A stretch of DNA of 64,000 nt from Phoronis australis. Lineage: Eukaryota; Animalia; Phoronida. The DNA lies in contig NMRA01000055.1 of the NCBI GenBank assembly GCA_002633005.1, positions 703,856-767,855 on the forward strand. Direction: 5' to 3'. Shown one piece after another: positions 58,001 through 64,000 of the stretch (within the stretch, counting starts at the first letter, position 1; each line of letters begins with the position of its first letter). Both the position numbers and the translations under genes were made by a program. A model generated the notes under the pieces. That model did not search any database. It had not been told where the DNA came from and was given only the letters and a program-made list of their open reading frames with translations.

Positions 58001-61000
58001 GGAGAGAAGACAGAGAATCATGCTAGACTTACAGACTTCCAACTGGAGACATTGTCTTCCACAAAGGAGAACACCTGGTCACAGTTATCCAGTGTGGATG
58101 TGTCAAAGATGTCGGACAACAGGAGAAATGGCGTGGAATGGGAGCACAGATCTGGAAATAAACATCTGGCTTTACATTTTAAAGAAAATCTAGTCAGGAA
58201 ATTTTGGTTTGATCATAATTTTTCATAAAAGATTTTTTATGTGTATTCATATCAATCATTTCTACGCATTTATATGAATGGTATGATAAGATACAGATGG
58301 TTGTAAAGAATTTATATTAACAGTTGTTTCAATAATTTATCACGCATCGGTTGCAAAAGGCTTTCCATGGGTGATGATCAGAATGACCATTTGATCATTC
58401 ATTATCAGCCTGATATGCATTCATCTCAAATAAAATGGAGGTGAATAGTAATGTTTGAATGGTAATACGAGATCAAACTTAAAACAAACACCACTGATTT
58501 CACACCCAATGCAAATCTATAGTAGAGTGAGACCAAATTTGTAAACACGCAATACTCACTTCACATTTCACGCCAAAGAATCCATGACTCAAAATGACTA
58601 CATGACAAAATTCTGATTTGAACACCCAGTGTTAACAGTAAGAGGCGGAATCATCAGGCAAGTTCGAGGCAACTTTAACCTGATTCAATTACAATACAAG
58701 TGTTTATATTATTACATTTTTGCTTTACAGAAGTTACTGGCAGGACAACAAAACTTTTGTTAAAAATGTTGTTTCCAGTGAGCAACCCTTTAAGCGAAAA
58801 ATAAAAATCACCCACTCCGTTCACCATACTGACATAATTGATAAAATAAGAGTAAACCGAAGATCAGTCCATACCTAATGAGACAGCGTTCATGGCACAC
58901 TGGACTAGGTTGGTGAAAGCAGAACACTTAGCACCGGGCAACTGAAAGACAAAGGGAAAACAGGTGTGTGGCAGCCACGGTCTTTGAAATAATTACATGT
59001 ACTCCAATAAGATCATACTTCATTTCATTGGGGATAACAAATCCTCCTAATAGCAAAGCTTAATTTTTGGAAAAAAATAGTTTCAAGTGTGTACACAAGA
59101 CCAGCCATCATTGGAGGGATGACCTGGGTCAAGAAAATGGGGTCAACTAGAGTTTTGCCTGTAAGAGCTCGTGATTGTATGTTCAGTCTTACAATGTAAT
59201 TAGTGAATCAACGCCCAAATGCTCAATACTCTTGTTGAGAGCATTACGGATAACACTAGCAAGCAAACATGTTCGCCCTCACTTCATGAATGAAGAGGTG
59301 TAACGAATCTTCGTTAACTGTATGCGCACAAAATTGACTGCTAATTAGCTATGAATACAAACCATTTATTATTGAAAAATACACGGTTTGAGAAAAACAG
59401 GGAAAAAACAAGGGGATTTATGAACGAAGGGAACATCCCTTTTATTTTGGAGATCAAAATGGTTACCCATTCCCATCAAACTGCAGGACTCGGACACAAC
59501 AGCAGTTACACTGGTAATAGTAAATTAGAAACTGAACCTTTCCACTTCAAAGAACCATGATACAACAAAGCCAATAATTTATGCTTCTATCACAAAAATG
59601 TTAACCATTTTTAGCCAATCACATGGTCATGATAACCATTTAGTGAATAATTTTACCAGAAGGAAGCTTCACCACAGAGGCTGCAAAACATGGTGTGTGA
59701 TACGAATAGTGTTCACCAAACCGACAATTAGTATGTTCCATTCACTTACAATGAGCTCTTTGAGCACATCTCGGAAGGCTTGGTCAAAAGCTGTCTTTTT
59801 ATCATTGTCACTGAAACAAAATAAATCCCATCAGAATGAACAGGCATTGAATTACATTACCTCATTTCAAAAACTTCATACGAGATCAGCCAATGGCTGC
59901 ATTTATGTATAAAAATTATAAATCCATGGAAAGATGTAGACATCTTTTCAATGTTCCTTTTTTATTAGAGAAAGTTGACAGAAAACACGATATACTTACT
60001 GGCCGGGCACTTCCGTAAATACAGTGGTCAGGTCTGCTTCATTCAGATCGGCATCTGATTGTATCTGCTTTAGCCGAGACTAGAAAACAAAAGGGATCAG
60101 CCTAAAAATGCTGGCAATTCACAACTCTTATGTTTTAACACCAATTTACTCAACCACCCAAATTGCAGAAAATGGATTTACAATTTACTCAATACCTGAA
60201 CAAAAATAGTTTTCACAAAAGCTGACAAGGGTAATAATTGAATATGCCATGCCCATATTTGAGAACCAGTTTGACGCCTGTTAATCAGTGGAGATAACTG
60301 GTTATCAAAATGTGGGCCAGTATATCCAACTATTACCACTGACATGTGTAGCATCAGGTGGAGATTGCAGCATGACTCAAGGCTCCAGACAAACTAGATG
60401 CACAGTGGTACTGCGTAGAATTGCAGTTGTCATATTGACTACCAGCAAGCTGATAACTGCAATCATTTCACAAATGTCAATTGACAGATTGAGTGGCAAC
60501 GGTGTTTTAAAATCGCATTTTGGTATGAGCCAAGGATCAAACTAGTGACATCAACTAAAGAGGGCAGTGCCATAACCTGTCAAAGCCTGAGGTAAGTGAA
60601 GCACACTTTATTTAGTCTGGCTGTAGCGGGGCTTAAATTGGTGACCTGTAGCTCATCAAGGCGACCTAAGGTTTTGTTTAGACCTGGTAAAAATCCAAAA
60701 TCCCTACAGTTGTGTGCACAACTGAAATGGCCCAGTCATGATGCATGTAGACATGTTATGACATCTGCTATTCCTTTGAGTAAGTGCCGAGCCTGACAAT
60801 ACTCATAGTTATTTTCCGTTTGACTATTTTTTCGTTTTCGACTGTCAATTGTGGAAGCTAGGACTTTAGCTCCCTCACATGTCAGATTTCTTGTTTTGGT
60901 TCATTTCCCAATTGGCGACCTGAGAATTTTGTCAGGCTGTGTTTGTGGAGTTAAAATTACTGAGCATTGAACTTGAAGTTTGAGTTTTATTTTTTTATTT

Positions 61001-61635
61001 ATTCCACTGGAAGTCCCACTGCAGATTTTCCGCACTCCAGTCAGTAGTTAGTGAGTGTCCCCACCGATCTGTCTGTCGCCAGCAATGACACTGTCACTAC
61101 TAGCATGCGTGCAACACTGTGCCCGTGTTGTGCTTCAGATTCAGCACTGCCACTGGTCAGTCTCACTCTCACTCTCGCCTCAGACTGCACAGCCACACGA
61201 GCCATTTAGCCATAGGGCCATAGGCACTCTCATCCACATCACTGTCAAGACATCAGCCAGTCGCTGTTATATTAAAACATAACTATTTATCATTGTTTCA
61301 TGACGAACGCCTGGTTAAAGGTGCATGTATTCCGTGAGTACCGTCGTCGGTTTCAGCACAGGCACTCTTTTTAACCGATTGATAATGATACGCCGGACAA
61401 GCGGTTGTGCTTGACTTGAGCCTGTAGTTTCACTCAGGCAGGTTTTGACTTCGGCAATAAATTTCAGCTTTGAAATACTTTTGAATAAGTCAGTTGAAAC
61501 AATGAAAGCTGCAAAACATCCTTATTGCTTTTGAAAAGACACACGGTTTTACAAAAAAGAACAAACTTTATCAACAAAAGACCTTACAAAAAATGCATTT
61601 CTCTGTTCATCAAAACCGCCGATGGTCGCGGCCAT
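45935..61635 (-). CDS. THOC1: THO complex subunit 1 (Hpr1/p84N5) with C-terminal death domain, 19 exons, 666 aa
   Basis: 19 GT-AG exons with consistent phases, 2001 nt. Conserved blocks [38 protein letters not shown].[69 protein letters not shown]; death-domain-like [14 protein letters not shown]. Confidence 0.96.
47234..47439 (-). CDS. THOC1: THOC1 exon 18 (death domain)
   Basis: [31 protein letters not shown]...[10 protein letters not shown]. Confidence 0.94.
47838..48035 (+). mobile_element. tRNA-derived SINE-like element (degenerate)
   Basis: ggaggcaatgtgacctagtgg...ggttcaaatctc...actgcta...gtcagg...taataaa...atggtt, colinear with the 33399 copy. Confidence 0.55.
48233..48326 (-). CDS. 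THOC1: THOC1 exon 17 (acidic linker)
   Basis: [31 protein letters not shown]. Confidence 0.92.
49010..49157 (-). CDS. THOC1: THOC1 exon 16
   Basis: [23 protein letters not shown]...[14 protein letters not shown]. Confidence 0.95.
49658..49741 (-). CDS. THOC1: THOC1 exon 15
   Basis: [27 protein letters not shown]. Confidence 0.94.
50392..50523 (-). CDS. THOC1: THOC1 exon 14
   Basis: GRKRS...[26 protein letters not shown]. Confidence 0.94.
51375..51478 (-). CDS. THOC1: THOC1 exon 13
   Basis: [24 protein letters not shown]...; gtgtgt donor, phase 2. Confidence 0.9.
51993..52110 (-). CDS. THOC1: THOC1 exon 12
   Basis: [39 protein letters not shown]. Confidence 0.94.
53782..53882 (-). CDS. 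THOC1: THOC1 exon 11
   Basis: [33 protein letters not shown]. Confidence 0.95.
54550..54684 (-). CDS. THOC1: THOC1 exon 10
   Basis: [16 protein letters not shown]...[10 protein letters not shown]. Confidence 0.95.
55285..55473 (+). mobile_element. Tourist/PIF-Harbinger-like MITE
   Basis: ~30-bp TIRs gggctgttccagcaaaatctgtatggga / tcccacacggattttactggaacagccc, flanked by TGA/TTA; right half repeated at ~52470-52526. Confidence 0.7.
55632..55740 (-). CDS. THOC1: THOC1 exon 9
   Basis: [36 protein letters not shown]. Confidence 0.95.
56501..56556 (-). CDS. THOC1: THOC1 exon 8
   Basis: [18 protein letters not shown]. Confidence 0.9.
56859..57040 (-). CDS. THOC1: THOC1 exon 7
   Basis: [36 protein letters not shown]...RKSS|gtaagt. 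Confidence 0.95.
57720..57768 (-). CDS. THOC1: THOC1 exon 6
   Basis: [16 protein letters not shown]. Confidence 0.95.
58033..58151 (-). CDS. THOC1: THOC1 exon 5
   Basis: [16 protein letters not shown]...[17 protein letters not shown]. Confidence 0.94.
58875..58941 (-). CDS. THOC1: THOC1 exon 4
   Basis: [22 protein letters not shown]; phases fit both neighbours. Confidence 0.85.
59750..59810 (-). CDS. THOC1: THOC1 exon 3
   Basis: [20 protein letters not shown]. Confidence 0.92.
60000..60079 (-). CDS. THOC1: THOC1 exon 2
   Basis: [30 protein letters not shown], phase 0 to 2. Confidence 0.85.
61588..61635 (-). CDS. THOC1: THOC1 exon 1
   Basis: aaaATGGCC start, [16 protein letters not shown]|gtaagg. 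Confidence 0.8.
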
Positions 61636-61920
61636 TTTTCTTGATTACGTATTGTGCAATAAGCATATTTCAATGACGTACTGCCCATGCCATGTCAGGA
61701 AATGGTTTGTAACAACTGTTTGCCTTTTCTGTGCACACTGATGACGTTTTAACAATACTAACCTCTGTTGTTGAGTGTGAGATCTGCAAAGAAAGTTGTG
61801 AATGCAATCTTTAGTTGGTAATCGTATTTTATTCAAGTTGGCAGTGGGAATTTGCTGTTCTGAACCTGTGGAAAAGTGCGACACCGGCATCGTGGTTAGA
61901 CGTCGTTATGTACGGTTCAC
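61636..61920. promoter_or_regulatory. Putative bidirectional promoter between THOC1 and SLC35B3
   Basis: Head-to-head gene orientation; locally CpG-richer; TGACGT motifs at ~61673 and ~61742. TSSs not determined. Confidence 0.5.
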
Positions 61921-63117
61921 AATCGCACAGGTCTAATATACTGCCTCCCACCCCACGTGGTGGTGTAGTCTAGGCATAGTAAACATCCAGGTTTCCAATT
62001 TCTGTGATGATTGGTAGAATACTGTAGACTTCAGGATGATTTTAGGCTTAACTACCCACCTGATGAGGGCTGAGACAAAATGATCCTCAGTGTAGCTAGT
62101 CCGGGACTCTGCCTGTGGGTTGTTTGAGTTCCGCACTCCCATCTGGAAGAACTGGGTTCAGATCCTGGCTTGGCTGACCGTCAATCGAGTGTTATACTCC
62201 TCAGACCTCCGTGTTTGTTGTGGATGCATAGAATGGTGTAAATGAGAACCTGCTGTCTAGAACTGTGTATCCAGAATGTGATTTTCATGGACGTGCTAAT
62301 ATTTGAACCAAGTTTGTTTTTACTGTCATAGTCTTGCCTTTAGCTGTAGATGCTATTGCTTTCCATAACCTCCACCTCTGCCAGCGTGGATTTGTTTCAT
62401 AGAGATAGTGCGCGATCTTTGCTATTAAAGTAGGTGTTAAACTGACGTTGCCGTCAATGTATGACGTGTGTAGGGAGATATATCTGGAGAAATAAGAGGC
62501 CCACCTATTTAGAGAGTGGACTGAAAATGGGACCGCATTTGTTGAGAGCTTCCGTAAAAAGTCCCCATTTCATATTGTTTTGTTTCATAAACGCCACCCC
62601 TGTATCAACCTTTTGTAGGTATTCCTAGACAGCAGATTTTTTGCCCTTTGAAGCTGAAAAAAGTACAAAAAAAATCCATATCTGAAATGAGTTCATCTTT
62701 TGCAATAAAAAGTTAAAAAGTAAAGATATTTTTAAAACTCTGTTAGGTTTATTTAGATGGAAAAGAACTTTTTGTAGAGTTTCAAACTCCTAAATGAACC
62801 TTTTTGTAGAGCATTTTGTTGGAAAGACACCCTTGCACAGGGAATTTGTCTTAAAAGCCACCATGTGGTAGGGAAGTTGGTGGTGAAAAAGTCAACCTTC
62901 CAAAGCAGCACGTTCTGTATACCTATTCTATGGGTGGATCCTCCTGGGTTCTGAGCCAAGCACTGAGTTGTTTCTCCACCCTCTCTAATAGGCGTTTCAA
63001 AATTGCTGTTGTAGAGGTTGCACCGTACATGTGAAAGTAGAGCTTATGTTATGTGACCAATGTGACAAGGCATACAGTCCTATCGTCATGACTGTGTCTG
63101 TATAAGGCTTGGACAGT

Positions 63118-63756
63118 ATGTTGTCAGCTGGGGGCAGCTGGCGGTTCAACACAGACAATCTCAACCTTAAGGGATTCAAAGGTATGTTACTCAGACAGAT
63201 TTAGGAACAGAACAACAGTCACCTGTATCTCCTTCAACAGGTAACAAAAAGTTAATTTTAACGCACTTTGATAATATTTGTCGAGAAATTTGACGAAACA
63301 AAAGTTCGCTTGTCTTGCCATATTGTGTCCCCAATTAAAGAATGTTTACAAAAAAAGTTATTACACACAAGTTAAAAAGATAAAAAATTGTCAATTTTCA
63401 AGTTAATGAGACTGCTTCCTAGTCATGGTCAGGTATGTGATGCCGTAGATTCAATGTCATTGCAGATTATGTGAAGAATATCCACACCATTGATTCAATG
63501 TCTTTGTAGATTACGTGAATAATATCTAGGCCATTGATTCAATGTCATTGCAGATTACATGAAGAATATACAGGCCAGTTACCCGTCATCGCCGAACAAA
63601 TCGGTGAAGATCAACATCACGCGAGACCCTGGTGAACACAGGAGAGAGGAGATCCGACTGATGTGCTATGACATCAGCCACATCTCCAGAACAACTCAAT
63701 TCTTGCTGCTATGTCTCGGTGTCTTCGTCTTCTATCTCATTTATGGCTACTTTCAG
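63118..63756 (+). CDS. SLC35B3: PAPS transporter 2 (SLC35B3), 5' partial; continues beyond the window
   Basis: Exon 63554-63756 ends TQFLLLCLGVFVFYLIYGYFQ|gtatga, matching the SLC35B3 TM1 motif GVFVFYLIYGYLQE. Candidate upstream coding exon 63118-63181 (MLSAGG...KGFK G|gtatgt) is phase-compatible but less certain. Confidence 0.85.
63448..63579 (+). repeat. 44-bp tandem repeat x3 spanning an SLC35B3 acceptor
   Basis: gattcaatgtc(a/t)ttg(c/t)agatta... at 63448, 63492, 63536. Confidence 0.95.
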
Positions 63757-64000
63757 GTATGAGAGTGGTAGATGTGGAGCTACAATGCTCGATTTGACAA
63801 AAAGATGAGTTTATTATTCCTTGAGACCTTGCTCAGTGCGTAGGCTGACACGCAGTAACAAGCCAACCCGTAGTGCCTTGTCTCGAGCTATTACAGACTT
63901 CCAGTCCTTCTGACTCCCTGAAAACACCAGTCCTGTTATGTGACTGAAAATTTGAGACTGACGAGTGAAATTTTATAATAAATAATTTCATAAGGTCGGT

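Noticed and set aside
58369-58415. C/D box snoRNA candidate (TGATGA...CTGA) in a THOC1 intron
   Set aside because: Only ~45 nt long and antisense to the host gene.

Overview
Eukaryotic, intron-rich, AT-rich genomic DNA, most likely from an invertebrate animal; the ORF track is mostly spurious. Reading splice sites by hand gives three complete genes and one partial gene. GADD45-family gene: - strand, 4 exons, 5442-12123, 166 aa. Src42A/FRK-like tyrosine kinase: + strand, 8 exons, 21142-40703, 518 aa. THOC1/Hpr1 with C-terminal death domain: - strand, 19 exons, 45935-61635, 666 aa. SLC35B3/PAPST2: + strand, 5' exons only, head-to-head with THOC1. An intact tRNA-Val(TAC) lies at 20548-20620 (-). 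The rest holds MITE-like and tRNA-derived SINE-like repeats, minisatellites and a ~2 kb duplication joined at an N, probably an uncollapsed haplotype. The most notable signals are three ~40-bp tandem duplications sitting exactly on exon boundaries (a donor, an acceptor and a stop codon), a uORF-dense GADD45 leader with kB/ETS-IRF/FOXO motifs, a 70-bp hairpin mini-element family, and an inverted MITE pair with one flipped terminus. No wholly new gene system can be supported from the sequence alone.
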